A stretch of DNA of 63,859 nt, filler included, from Hyphochytrium catenoides (lineage: Eukaryota; Protista; Hyphochytriomycota), in NCBI GenBank assembly GCA_900088475.1. It is 13 parts of 13 records of this genome, joined end to end, with 100 filler letters (N's around TTAATTAATTAA, not from the genome) between each part and the next. Parts side by side here need not be neighbours in the genome. Positions count along the whole stretch, not along the records: positions 16,006 to 32,490 come from FLMG01002783.1; positions 32,591 to 35,211 come from FLMG01003018.1; positions 35,312 to 37,363 come from FLMG01004118.1; 10 more parts are not named here. One strand, given 5' to 3'. The notes under the pieces were generated by a model. The model worked only from the letters and a program-made list of their open reading frames with translations, was not told where the DNA came from and ran no database searches. Shown one piece after another: positions 24,101 to 37,463 of this stretch. A program made the translations under genes and the position numbers. Numbering within the stretch: position 1 is the first letter of the stretch; the number at the start of each line of letters is the position of its first letter.

Positions 24101-27100
24101 CGAGCATCCCGGCTTTCGACGGTCATTCCCATCTTTTCGGGTACTTGTTTAAGAAAATCTAAGACTACCCATGCTAACACCTCGTATATGAATTACAGGT
24201 GGATTCCACCTGCAGGGAGGGTCATATCTGTTACCCAGAAAATAGTTGTTACCCCTCCAGTTGCCATTAAGCCCAAGAAAGCCCTCTTTCCTTTCATAAA
24301 GCATGAGGAAGAAGATGACAAACATCGGTCCGAGCACGTCAAACAACAGGACTTTAAGTGGACTGCAACCGGTGGTTCCGGCAGAATAAGTTGGACGTCT
24401 TATGACCAAAGGTAGCTACCATACGGTTGTACCTGGCTAACTCTTTGAAGCAAAGATCGCTAGAAGGCGACCCACCTCGGTCCTTCCAGCCCCATCCCAT
24501 ATTTTCTCCACTGTACTAGATGAGAGGCGCTCAAGCGCCCCCGGATCTGGCATCTAACAATTCCCTGTCTTTACTGACGCCGCGCTTCCTACCTTTTCAC
24601 TGTAGAATCATGTCACTCTCCGCTACTGGGCTAAGTGTTGTCGAGGGCCCAGGGTCAACCGTGTTAATGGCTGCGGATACCAACAATCTGGTCAACAGGG
24701 ACACAGCTTCCGTCGAGGTGGCAGAGCCGGAAGCTCTACAGTTCTCGGAAAGAAGATACGAGATGGAAGAAGGTAGATTGAGAAGAGTACATATTTATGG
24801 AGCAAGAGAAAGACGTCCTTGGAAAGCATTTAAGCTTCAAGAGGCTGGCGGCAGCTTTTGTGAGGCCACTTTAACAGGGAGGAGATCAACTCCTAGGAAC
24901 AGAGCCCTGTAGTTCGCACCTTACAGGCAACATATAGGGGAAAGAGTTTGAGTATGCGCATGCAACCAACTGTGGATCCGAACCTTAAGGGAAACGCTGC
25001 CAATGACCTGAGAATCATTGTTCTGCAGGCGAGTATACCCGTCTTACGATTCGGGCGCTAGGCCCCAGAGGACGAGAGTTCACAAACTGCAGCGCAATGA
25101 TCCCCTATATAACTTGGAGAGTGCAAGACAACCAGGTCCTACACATTCTCCCGGGTGAGAGTAAAAGGTGAGGCCGTAAGCGATCTGATGGAGCAAAGGA
25201 AGGCTAACTACGGGCTGATTATACAACTTGCAGAAAGTGTAGTGATACAAACTTAGGGAGAGGGAAAGAGAGATTAGAGGTGTAAGCGCAATAGCCCGGC
25301 GCTTACCCGGGAAGTACTTTTGACGCGAACAAACTGTCCATATGTAGGTGCACGCCGGACGATTGCTTGTCTCTCAGTGAAACAGATGTAGCACGAGGTT
25401 GTGGCAGTCTCCTCGTGAAAGGAATCCGAAAGGGCCTCACGTTTATCGAAGCAAATTATGAAGGATTGTCGGTACGACTGCTTGTCGTCCGCTACTTGTT
25501 TGTTCCGTGACACACCTATGATCCTATTTCTCTCAATTCTTCGGCCGGCCATCGCTTAAATACTCAGGATCTTTATCTTGCACTTGATATTGACTGCAAC
25601 TTTCGAGCTTGGACTACTAGATTATCCTCCTTCTTCTGGGTGGTCCCGTCCGCTTGTCTGGTTCATAACTCGTCACTTTCTGACATGACTTGCCAGGTGC
25701 GGGCTGAGATCTCAGTATACTCCGTGATAAAGCTGTTGCGACCAGTCCGGACTTTCTCAAATGGCTCTCACTTCCTGCTCCTCACTCCTGGAAGTTCTGC
25801 AACTGTCTCCTTTATCGGTGGTCCCGAGCCCTGGGTGCAACAGGCTCAGGACTGGTTTGTTGGTGCTGTGGAGGATTATGAGTCAAATAAGGTGAAGCTC
25901 CGTCATTTCTACCCCTTTCTTGAGGTTATTGCTTTCCTATCTTTTACCTTTTAGAGGCATTGTGGGTTCTTCTCATGCTCCGATTCTCGCGCCTGTGGAA
26001 GGTGCTTCCCTCGATATCTATTTTGGGTCTTGTAGCTTTCTCTCCTGCTAAATGCACACATCTTTGCAGGTGTCAGTTTGGCAGGAGAGAGCGAGAGACA
26101 GGGAGTTTCGAGTGCTCTGTCGGGACTATGGGAAGCAAACCTTGCAGTTTGAAGTGAGAAACAAGCAGTCACCGTTCCTCCCTTCACCAAAAGTGGCAAG
26201 AGCTCCAGTAACAATTTACTGCGAGGTACACGACATCCGTAATCTGTTTGTTTTTCGCTTGGATACACGTCGCCTTCCCGTACTCTATACTTTTGGAACC
26301 TGAGCAGGCAAGGTTCTTTGAGTCGTTGGACGCGTCCTTATAAGATAGCGTGCTCATTCTTCAATTCGACAATGCACTCTCGTCAATTTTTCTCACCACT
26401 TATCCCCAGCACCCAGCAACCCTAGAACTCCAGCTGCGAGAGTTATCGACTGATCCTTCCTTACGTGGCAGCGTGGTCACGGATAAGAAAAGAGAGCTCA
26501 CGGTTCCTCAAGGGCAACAGGTAGCCATATATCCGAACCCTGAGAGAGGCAAACCCGAATGTCAAATAGGATCTCGTTCCTTAAACATTGACTTCGCTTG
26601 GATCTAACTCATGGGTCCCATCTCCTCTCATGGTTTCTTTGATGCGCATTGCTCTACATCTAGTTCCTCGTCCATTTGAGAGCCATGACCCAAGAGCCGC
26701 TTCGCGGCCTTCCCTTTGACAATTTTACGTCGCTCGAAGTTGTTTGGGCCAATACTAATCCAGAGCTACTCTCGATGGACATCGGCGATGGGAATCATCT
26801 TGAAGGGACCGGCGAATTCGTCACTCTTGGAGCTTCAGAACCATTCATCTTAACCACTGGTATGCTGGGTTTTCGACGTCATGTGGAATCGCTCACCTCT
26901 TTGTTCCATCATGAACCTAATTCCGGTGTCTGCCACTNNNNNNNNNNNNNNNNNNNNNNNNNNNGAGAGGGGAGACTAACTGCTTCTTCATGGAGATATG
27001 CATTGTCGCTAATGCACGACTTACAGATATACAGCCTTACTGATGCAAATCAGGCGCTAGAGCTACCACTTGCAGTGAAGGATACGCTCAATTTGAGAGT

Positions 27101-30100
27101 GACAAATGCCATCACGCTGGTTCCCGCCCAAGCGTCTATATTCCTTTCTTCCTCATCATTCATGTCCTTGAGTAAGTACATAACTGTCTGCGTCTTCGTC
27201 CTTTCCTCTATTTGCCTACAAGTAGTTCCCTATCAAGTGTCCCCTGCGGTGTTCTGCAGATCATCTTGACGCTGCGGTTGCTCTTTAGCTGCTCCGACAT
27301 CTTTAACATTACCACGATCGCAGATTGCATAGGAGGCTCCGGAAGCTTCAAATTTTCGAGTAATTCAACCGACGTCATCTACATTGACACAGAAGCCACC
27401 GCAGCTAGCGCGCCTATTCCCTCCTCCAATTCCGCAGAGAGACTATGCGTGACTGTTCGGCCACGTGCCCGAGGAGCAGTGTTGCTCTCTGTTTTCGACC
27501 TTGAGATGGAAGGTCCTGGCTCTTCTTCAACTTCATTACTCTTCGTGTCCAAAGCCAGATCCATTGACCTTCAGGTGCAGCGACTGATGCCGGTGAAGAG
27601 TACGGCTCTTCTATCTATGATCGTTTTTGATGAAAGGTAGGCGACCTTGATGGAGTTTAAGGGAAAAGGAGATATGGTAAGAAAGAGTGAGATCACAAAG
27701 TATATGAATGGACTCTGAGGGAAAGGCAGGTGACATTCAAGGTCTCGCCGTTTAGGCGTATGCAAGTTGGGTTTTGTGAGTGTTGGTCATGCTTAGGGTA
27801 ACGAGGGAGAATAGTGCGACGTCGGTAGGACGCTTCCTACAGATGAACATCTTGCACAATTGTGAGCCTGACCTATAGCGAGGTTCTGCTTGCCGAGAAA
27901 CAACAGCGAGAGACACCCGGTTAGATTGGATAAGCAAATCTGAGGTCATGGCAGGTGCTTTGGTGGCTTACAAAGTTTTTGCATGCCATTTCAAAGAGGG
28001 GGAACTTTCGATGATTTCCAGCACCAGTTTATGGCCATAGAGATTGAAGCAGACGAGCGCTACCTAGAAGTTGAGACCGTCCAAGGACAAGATATTAATA
28101 TGAGAAGCCCTTCCTATCAAATCAAAGCTCTAACGGAAGGGATAACCACCGTTAGAGCAAGACTCCGCAATTCAGACGGGTCTGTCATATCCAGCCAGGA
28201 AGAAAAAGTGCAGATCTTCCGTCCCTTTTGTTTCTCCACTCGTCGACTTTTGCTTTTGGCCGGCTCGTCGACTTCTCTTCCCATGGAAGGTGGACTTGAG
28301 GAAGGGATCCTACGTAACTTCTGGACCTCGGAACCCTCAGTAGCAGGTATGGAACCGCGGAACGCCATCTATAAACACTTTTAAGCGTGGTCGTCCTAGC
28401 ATACTCTAGTCAGCCATTCTTCAGTCTCTGACTGGCGTCATGCCTGCCCTAGTCGTTCAACTTTCACTTAATATGCATTTCTCCGTCCCTTCATTTCCAT
28501 GTTCCTGTCTAAAGAGATTAGGCACATCGCCCTAAAGCTTGCCTTGCCGCAGTGGTTAATGAGCAGGGCCAAGTAGATGCACTGGCCGAAGGTCGGACGA
28601 CAGTGCACCTCTCTTACAGTCTTAGGGGAGATAATAATTCTGTCCTTGGGAACGACGCTATACAGATCGAAGTCGCCGAATTGGATGGTAGGCATCGTAG
28701 AGTCCTCTCATATCGAGCCTTCCATTCTCCTCTATTTTACATTCGCTCTTCCTTGACTTCCATTTTATGGCATTTGGGCATCTAGTTACGGAGGGTTTCT
28801 GAAGGTGCTCTCTGATTGCAAGCACGACGACTGCCTGATATGGCATGATCCCCTCTTTCTGCACTTGATCCGTAACGCTCTCAGTTTCGACTTCATCTCA
28901 TTAGTTGTCTTTTATCCTGTCACAGATATAAGTTTGAAGGCCTCGTCCTCAGATCTCTTGGTTGGAAGTCATAGTAAGCTATGGCTTCTGCCGACCTCGA
29001 AGGGGCGACCCTTCGATCTCTTCTCTCTCTCGGTGCTTTCTCAATGGCCGCGCATGCGAGGGGAGATCGACGAAGGAGTTGGCGGATCAAGGCGGATCAG
29101 GTTCTCACGCGGATATTCATTCGATGTGCAATGGGAGGTGAACAACTCGACGGTAGCCACCATTTCCAGGTCAGCTCCCTCTTACTCAAGCACTTTCTTC
29201 CTTCTGCAAACGAGAGTTCTACTCGGGTTCTAACGCTTAAGTCTTCGACACGCTGTCGTGCTTACAGCGTTTTTTATGATAGCTTATTTGTGTGGTATCC
29301 ATTCTTCGTGTAATAGGGGCCAAAGAGCTTCCTTCCAAGGCTTCTCTCTAAGCCAATGGACAACCTCTCTCGAAGGCTCCGCTCCAGGCGCTGTCAGAGT
29401 TGGCGCAAAGGTTACCATTTCGTTCTATTCTGGTTCTACTTCAACCCTCCTCCCGGAGAGAGAGCTGGTCTTTAGGGCCGAAAAGCAGTTCGCCATTTTT
29501 CGTCCGTTGCAGCTCTTATCTCCCCCTAACATGCTCCTTTTCCCAACTTCAACCTTGAGAATAAGGACAACCTTGGATTTAGCGGGGGGTTTGACTTACA
29601 GGCCACTCTCTCCAGAGGATGACAAAGTCGAGATTGACAGGTATAGAGATCAGTCATGGCTAAGTGACAACCATTTGGACTGACTCTTGTCTGATACTTT
29701 ACACTTGCCTATCCAAAGTGACAATTTTGCTACCTCTTCTCGTGATCGCTTAACTGATTATGCAAACAACCAGTCTTCTATATAACGTACTTTCTTTTTC
29801 TAACATGAGGCGGTTCCAAATTGGTAGGGAAGGAGTAGTCAAAGCCCTTCGTCCTGGGTTATCAACAGTTGTCGTGCATTCTCCNNNNNNNNNNNNNNNN
29901 NNNNNNNNNNNNNNNNNNNNNNNNNNNNNNNNNNNNNNNNNNNACATTGCCTATTTTTGCAAGCCTGCCTGGTCCTTCGTCGAGGGCTAACCAAGGGGCG
30001 GAGAGGACTAACCCTCCCATTTCTTTAGTTGTTGGGGGCACGATATCGCTTCCCTTTCTTTACTTTGACTCTCTGGGGAGACCTTTCCATGTGGGTTGCA

Positions 30101-32490
30101 TTACTCTTCCTGGAGGTTGTCATCTCATTTCCTGAATGTACCTCTTGTAATGGAAGTATCTAGAGATAGAATCGCTTCGGTTCTCTCCCACCAATTAAAA
30201 CTCTTTGCTATTGCACTCCCTCCTTCGCGGGGGAATCTTGACACTCCGCGTCTGAGCATGCTTCTGCTCTAACCATCGCTGCTCTCATTTTTTTTGGTGA
30301 GGATAGCTCAATGAAGGGCCGCAACCGATCCGTTGGACATTGAGTCAACCAGATGCAGTGACGGTTGCCAATGAGGATGGCCAGCGCCTTTTTATTCGTG
30401 CCCATCGTGAGGGTACCATTGTCCTTCGACTCTGGGTACCTTCTAAGCTCTGGTAATGGTCTGTCGCTTAGTAAACATCGTAACCTCGTGTCCTAGTGCA
30501 TCTAAGCAATGTTCCTCACTCTTTTGAAAGCCTTCTGGCTTTCTGAAAAACTTTTTTGTGAAGGTTCTGGTCCGCTATATCTGACGACCTGTTGCCGTCG
30601 CTCTCCTCTTCCCTCTTACTGATTACATAAAGTTGTTCCGAGGAATACCATGCCCTCAAATCTTCTACCGAGGAAGAGCGAAACGCGCTTTCTCTCGCCA
30701 TTTCAGAAGCATATGAGCAAAATCACCTGACAGCGAGCGTCGTGATACGAATATCCAGTGCTATTACGCCTCAAGGACCGGTTAGTTCCTAGCTCACCTA
30801 TATTTAGGCTGTCAAGTAGAAGCTCGCATTTGTAGCCTCATCCTACTTCCTTTACTGCCCGGATGTGTCGAAGTTCATTACCCTCTTATGCGAGCATCTA
30901 GCCATGGTCACCTACCCGTGGGGGGAACGAAGTTGCTAGTCATTCATTCATCGCCGCCACCCGATGTTACATTTGGATTGGATTCTGATGTTGCCCTAAT
31001 TGTTTGCGTCTCATCATTTCAGTTACACGTACCTCCTGGGGCTTGTATCCTCTTTTCCGCTGATCGAGAGTGGTTAGCCGAGAAAGCGGAAGGCCGGAGG
31101 GCCCTGTGGAAGACAGAGGACGCAACTGTTCTGAGCATTAAGGAAGACACTGGGGAAGCAAATGCAAAGAAGGTCTTGGAGTTACGGTGGTCTCCCTTGT
31201 GTTCATCCAAAGAAATTCTAAGTTTGCCGCGCTTTAAGGCTCACGATCGAGACTCATGTACACCCCCATATTTTGAACGACGGCGGTCATTCACCTGTGA
31301 CTCCTCATAAGTTCACTCTTGCACTATTATGGCCTTGTTATGCAAGTTCATCGACCTCTCTCATTCCAATGATAACAACGTTTTTCTTGTAGCGTGGTAG
31401 GACGACCGTCTCACTCATGGAGTCCGGCACAAAGCCCATTGAAGTGGTTATAGAGGACATCCAAAAGGTGGAACTTCGGGCTCCACTTGGACTTCTTCCG
31501 CTAGCAATAAGCTCGGCTTCAGGTAAACACTGTTCGGAGCTTTCAGTGATTTCCTGTTCGTTGTACCCTGCTCCCTTTCCAATCTTTTCTTAGTAAGGTT
31601 TCTCGCTTAGCAAGGGCTCCTCCCTAAAAACCGTTGTCTCATGATCATATAAGGGAAAGGCAAACATTTGGCAATACGGCTGGTGCTTGTAGGGGAAAGC
31701 GGAGTCGAAATTCAGACATTAGGTGAGTGTGGGCTCAGTGCCGTTCACGCTTGCACGTGATTATTACATTCTCTCTCTCTCTCTCTTTACTTGCACCGTA
31801 AATGTCAGTGTTGACCCGAGATCTTTGTCACTTCCCTGTTGTTCGTCACGCTCAGCCGCTCTGCAAGAGTCCGAGTCTCGTTCTTAGTATGCTCGACATT
31901 TCGCAGATCCGTCGATCCAGAACAATCTGGTTGTGGCCTGCACTACCGACCAACCCAAGCTATTCCTCGCTCGATCTGAGTGGAAGCCGACTGAGGGACA
32001 CTTCTGCCTCATTGAGGTCGATGGATAATCTTTGCTGTCGTTCCCGGCGACGGGTTTGCCCTTCTATAGCTTTCAATTCTTTCTAATGCCTTCTACTTCA
32101 CCCCCCTGTACTCAGGCATAACCATTCTCTCCTCCAGATTTCGTTGTCTTCGTGTTTGCTAACATCTCTGCTTATAATGCGTCTATTCTTTCTACTTTTG
32201 CAGGCAAAGCCATTGTCATCTCCTTTGACAGAGACCAACGTTCGCCTAGAGGTAACTGTACAGACTTTAACAGGGCAGAAGACAACAGGTTCCCTACGAA
32301 TCCCCCTGAAAACGGGATTTGCTTTATTCGACGCGCAGAACAGGCGAGAGAAGGACTGTCTCGTGATAGACCCCCGCGACAGAGAGGTAAGTAAGGCCCA
32401 TTGGGATCTCGATGACTTAGGAGAAGGCGAACTTCAGAATCTGGGCAGGATAGTAACAGAAGTAGAACCTGTCCATGAAATGAGCATAGA
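21136..32490 (+). CDS. NUP210: Nuclear pore membrane glycoprotein gp210, multi-exon, 3' end truncated at a gap
   Basis: Signal peptide followed by VLLPY...YELSAQHGCYSWS, CEVFVAPIQSMQILTTSR, VQAYDAKGNVFSSLEGMPFSW, ATGGSG, LLLTPGSSATVSFIGGPEPW and FDNFTSLEVVW. These are characteristic gp210 Ig-like repeat motifs, spread over many GT-AG exons. Confidence 0.92.
22133..22183. repeat. Short direct duplication (22-bp core, 29-bp period) in a Nup210 intron
   Basis: ctgcaggcatggtatagaagct at 22133 and 22162. Confidence 0.9.
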
Positions 32491-32703
32491 NNNNNNNNNN
32501 NNNNNNNNNNNNNNNNNNNNNNNNNNNNNNNNNNTTAATTAATTAANNNNNNNNNNNNNNNNNNNNNNNNNNNNNNNNNNNNNNNNNNNNGCAGAGCCGC
32601 TTAAGGGGGAGAAGCAAGCAGCAGAAGAGAAGACAGTGCAGGCGAAGTCTTTCTCTCCCTTCTTTCCTCTCTCTCTCTCTCTGCGTACCATGGTTCCTGT
32701 TAA

Positions 32704-35211
32704 CCTGGCTGGCAGGGATGATGATCTGTACTGATTCCGCATCATTGGTGTTCGGGATGGGATGATTTAAGATACAGATGCTTCGAATGACCTGGCCCGT
32801 CTTGCGGACCTTCTCCGACGGGAAGTAGGAAGGATCGCCTATGAAGATGTCGCCTTTGGCAATCTAAGAGAGCGAGGAGGAAGCGAATGAGAAAAAAAAA
32901 ACAGAGAGGAAGTATGCCCATGATAGTTTTAGCCTGTGGGCATGAGTCATGGGAAAGCCAAAGAAACTAACAATGATGGCGCTGCATAAAAGCTCCCTGG
33001 TGAGTATTTTGTAACATAAGAAGTCGAAGTTCGACGCACCTCGTTGCCAGCGCGAATGCCCCAAGCCTTCCCCTTGTCATCAAAGAGAATCTCATCCACC
33101 CTGCGTTGCGAGTGGAAAACGGTGAGAAAAGGAGAGAGTGATTAAGGAAGAGGTAAGCCAGTTAGAGACGAGAGGAAGTCGTAAGGAGGCGTGGAGACAT
33201 TGACCGTCGCGTCGTAGGATACGTACTGTCTGTTCAGCATGAAGGTGCCGCCGTGGATGGCACAGAGGCGAGAGAAGCTCTCGGGCAGTCCACCCAGTCC
33301 ATACAGCGGGTAGATGTACGGAGACTTCCCATACCTCTCCAGAGAGTACACATAGAGCTTAATAGCTCGAACCGTCTCCAAAGCAGGCTGTACGAGGAGA
33401 TAAGAGTGTGGTCAGAGAAGGAGGAGGCACGGAAGAACAAGGGGAGTGCACAGGACCCAGAAAGAGACAGAAACGGTCGAATTTGCTGCTTGCCACACCT
33501 GTGCAATGTACTTGTCGTCTGTCTTCAGCGCCATCGCATGTCCGGTGAAGGTCTGGGTGTTGTTGTCCACACCGAACTTGTCATAGAGCGCGCGCATAGG
33601 CACACGAGACAGACTGAGACCTACCCAATGACCAAAAGCAGAGGAGACCGTTAGAGTTGAGAGAAAGGAACGACGCTGCATCCTCTTATCAGGCACACAT
33701 GCTATGCGGGAGAGAGAGAAGAGAGAGAGAAAAGAGAGGGGGAGAGAGAGAGAGAAGAAAAGAGAGAAAGTAGGAAGGCAAGGCGGAAAGCGGAAGAGAC
33801 GGCTGTGGAAAAAAGCAAGTCTGTCCGCGTACCATCCCACGTTTCTGGTTTGTCTTCCTCGAAATTGGCGATGTACTTTAGCATCCCATGGAAGCGGCGC
33901 TTCTCAAAGATGCCCATCAACGATGTTCTCAGAGCCTCATCAGGGGTGGCAGGCACCTTATAAGTTCTAAAAGAAAAAGGTGCATGTGAATGGAAAGTTA
34001 ACAAAGAGATGTTGAAATGCTGATGAAGTGCCGGAGATCACGTAGTGAAGACATAAAGAGAGGAAAGAGATAGGAAGGGTCACACAGATAGGCGGGTGAG
34101 AACGGACGAGAGGGAGAGAGCACAAGTAAGGGAGAAACAAAAAAGAGAGAAACCAGGAGAGGAGTCATTGGGAACAGCATCGAGCACAAGCGGCCCAAGA
34201 GTATGTAGAGCCTCCCAGAAGAAAACGTTAGCTCATGATATCTTGAGGAAGAGCGACAGGCAAGCATGAGGGGGAGGTACGCCGAGAGACAAAAGAGGGG
34301 CAAAAAGAAACAATTCTAGACAGAAGCAGTGGCAGAGAATGGCGAAAAGGCTGCATATAGGATGCGAGGAGAGCAGTAGAAAGGGAGAGATGAAAAAGAA
34401 CTAGAGACAAAAGAGAGAGGAAGAAAGAGAGTTGAGCATACTTTCCGCCCTTGTACACGTAGCTCCCATCAATGCTCTTAAAGTCCAGGTACCGGGTGAC
34501 CTTGGTGTGCAGCAGGATCTTCACGAGGTTCCCGCAAGCCATGATAAACTTAGGAATGAGGTCCACATTGTAGTCTCGGCTTGGCCCGAGGTGGGAGGGA
34601 GGGTCCTGACCATTGCGGAACTTGGAGAAGAGGTTCTGGTGACAGCGAGAGAGAGAGGAAAGGATAGAGGATTGAGGGAGGGAGAGGGAGATGTGAGATG
34701 GGGGGAAAGAGAGACCGAAAGAGAAGAAAGCACCATCAAGGAGCCAGAAGGAATACGGAGCCGCAGTCAATTGGCATAGGCTTTGTCTTGTCGCTGCTCC
34801 ATCGACATGGATAAGGATAGAAGACAAAGAAAGAAGAGAGAGACAGATAGAACTCTTTGATCCTAGAGGACACCCTGGATAGAGCTTACATTGAGGCTGA
34901 GAGAGGCGGATTCTCCTCCATAGTAGTTGTTCCTGTCAATAACCAGCACCTAGACAAGTGAAGCACGAGGTAAGCACACGAAGCATTCAACGGCTGCATA
35001 AAACGCCATTTCTCCATCTTTCTCTCATTTGTTTCTCCCTTATTCTTTCGCCTTTGGGCCATCCAGTTCTTCGTCGCGCTCTGCTCGTTGTCACGTGGCG
35101 ATGGCGGTCTATTGACTGGCAGTGGTCTTACTCCCTACCTTCTTCCCGTTGACTGCCAGGAGACCGCTCATTATACAGTCTGTAAGCCCAGTGCCCAGAA
35201 TGATGGCATCA
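32704..35211 (-). CDS. GDI1: Rab GDP dissociation inhibitor (both ends cut by gaps)
   Basis: Motifs [111 protein letters not shown] and GDPSYFP. Confidence 0.97.
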
Positions 35212-35565
35212 NNNNNNNNNNNNNNNNNNNNNNNNNNNNNNNNNNNNNNNNNNNNTTAATTAATTAANNNNNNNNNNNNNNNNNNNNNNNNNNNNNNNNN
35301 NNNNNNNNNNNAGAAAGAGGCATTAGACAAAAAATCATGAGACGACTTAGAGAGACGAAGAGAGAGAGTGTGAACAGAGCCATTAGGAGAGATAAATGGA
35401 AGAAAAGAGCAACCACGAAAGAAAGACAGCGTGAGACAGAGTGAGATAACGGAGAAAACTAAAGACAGAGAGAAAGCTGGGTGAGACGGAAAGACCAAGA
35501 AAGAGAGAGGGAGAGAGAGAGAGAGAAAGAGAGATAGAGAGAGGAGAGTAAAGTCAGGCACCGAC

Positions 35566-36212
35566 TTGCTTTCTTTCCAGCTTCCTTCATATTTGGCCCC
35601 ATCGGGCCAGCTGTAGGTCCCTTGTCCGTCGAAGAGATTCTTCTGGAATGAGCCCTGCACCGGGGGAAGAGAAGTAAGCACCACACATTCATAATTGATG
35701 AGGCGGAGGAGAGAGAGGGACGAAACGGAGAGAGAGATGGGAGAGGGAGGAGGAGAGACAGAGAGAGAGAGAGACAGAAAGAGAGATTGTTGGGGCAGAG
35801 GAATGGCGACTAGGATTTGGGGAGAGAGGACAGGTTAGACAAGGAGAGGGAAGGAGACGAAGGATAAAGATAAGAGAGAACTGCGGTCTGGAGAGAGCCT
35901 TTGGCGGAAGGAGTCTCAGCGGTGTCACCTGATAGATGGCGCCAGAAGCGAACTTGTACTCTCCTGATAGGACACAGTAGATAAACGAAAGAGAGAAGAG
36001 AGAAATGGAGAGAGAAATGGGACAAGAGAAAGTCGTGAGCATAGTATATATGCCCATCAGCTTCCTGCGCCGCCTTCGGGCAACATTGTTCTTTTTCGTC
36101 TCTCTTCTCTCTCTTTCGTCTCTCTTCTCTCCCGCTCTCTCACCCCCTCTTCTCCTTCTCTTTCTCCTTCACTTTTCTCTCTCTCTCTCNNNNNNNNNNN
36201 TCTCTTCCTCTT

Positions 36213-36247
<35 letters not shown>

Positions 36248-36698
36248 CCTGTATCCTCGCGCTGTCTCATCTCACTGTCTTTCTTTTGTTTGCTTCTCTC
36301 CACCTTTGCCATGCATCATGTCTTCCTCCCATGTCCCTGTGTACTCGTCCAGTCCGCCTCGGAAGGTTCCACTTCCGTGTCTCTTCTTCTCATGGCCGAC
36401 CTGCTTGTACTCTCCCTCTTGCGGAGAGAGAGAAACCCAGCGGAGAGAATTAAGGAAGCGAAAAGTCAGCAGAGTGAGAGAGTTAAAGAGAGACGGAGGA
36501 AAGAGAGAGACAAAGAGAGGAGAGAGAAGATACCCACAGCTTAGGAGAGAGAGAGANNNNNNNNNNNNNNNNNNNNNNNNNNNNNNNNNNNNNNNNNNNN
36601 NNNNNNNNNNNNNNNNNNNNNNNNNNNNNNNNNNNNNNNNNNNNGAGACACAAGTACACAAGGCATTTGGGCATAGAGAAGGAATGAAAGAGAGAAGT

Positions 36699-36736
<38 letters not shown>

Positions 36737-36989
36737 AGAGAGAGAGAGATTCCAAGCGAGCAGAAGGGAGTGTCATTTGACGGGACATAACAAAAAATTG
36801 AAGGGGCGCTATCAGCAGGAAAGGGAATGGTGGGAGAGAAGCTGCAGCGGGAGAGACTCTCAATATGTTACCGTAGGTGGAACCGTCTGGGAAGGAGAAG
36901 CTGCCTTTCTGAAGGACAGTCTGCGGTGGCTGTTGCTGCGGCTGCTGCTGGTTCTCAGCGGGCTGAGGCTCCGCTGGGGCGTGGGCCAT
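35566..36989 (-). CDS. MORN repeat protein (MORN2-like), 3' end missing
   Basis: ATG at 36989. The exons give KGSFSFPDGSTY|EGEYK...KRHGSGTF...YTGTWEEDMMHGK|GEYKFASGAIYQ|GSFQKNLFDGQGTYSWPDGAKYEGSW. Confidence 0.85.
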
Positions 36990-37463
36990 GGTGTCCCAGA
37001 AAGAGAATGAGAGAAAGAGAGAAGGGAGACAGAGACACAGAGAGAGACAGAGACAGAGAGAGCGAGAGAGAGGAGGAAGTAGCAGGTGTTCTTCAGAAGT
37101 GACGCTTTTTCCTGAGCGGACGCTTTTTCGCAGTGCTCGCCGTGTCACCTCTGAGAGCTCAGCCTCACTCCGTCAGCTCCTCCTTTTTATCCGCGAGCCT
37201 TTGCCGCTGCCTCTCTTCCTTCCTTTCTCCTGCTTCCGCGTCTCTGCTAGTTCTCTTCCGCTCTGCCGGGCCGGCGTGGACTCTCCTTTCTCTTTTTTGC
37301 TCCATTCTCTATCTCTCTCTCCTCTCTCTTTCTCTATCTCTCTCCCTCTCTCTCTCCCCTCTCNNNNNNNNNNNNNNNNNNNNNNNNNNNNNNNNNNNNN
37401 NNNNNNNTTAATTAATTAANNNNNNNNNNNNNNNNNNNNNNNNNNNNNNNNNNNNNNNNNNNN

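Noticed and set aside
13281-35211. Alternative genetic code / stop-codon reassignment
   Set aside because: Conserved exons translate cleanly with the standard code, and TAA, TAG and TGA all appear as apparent terminators
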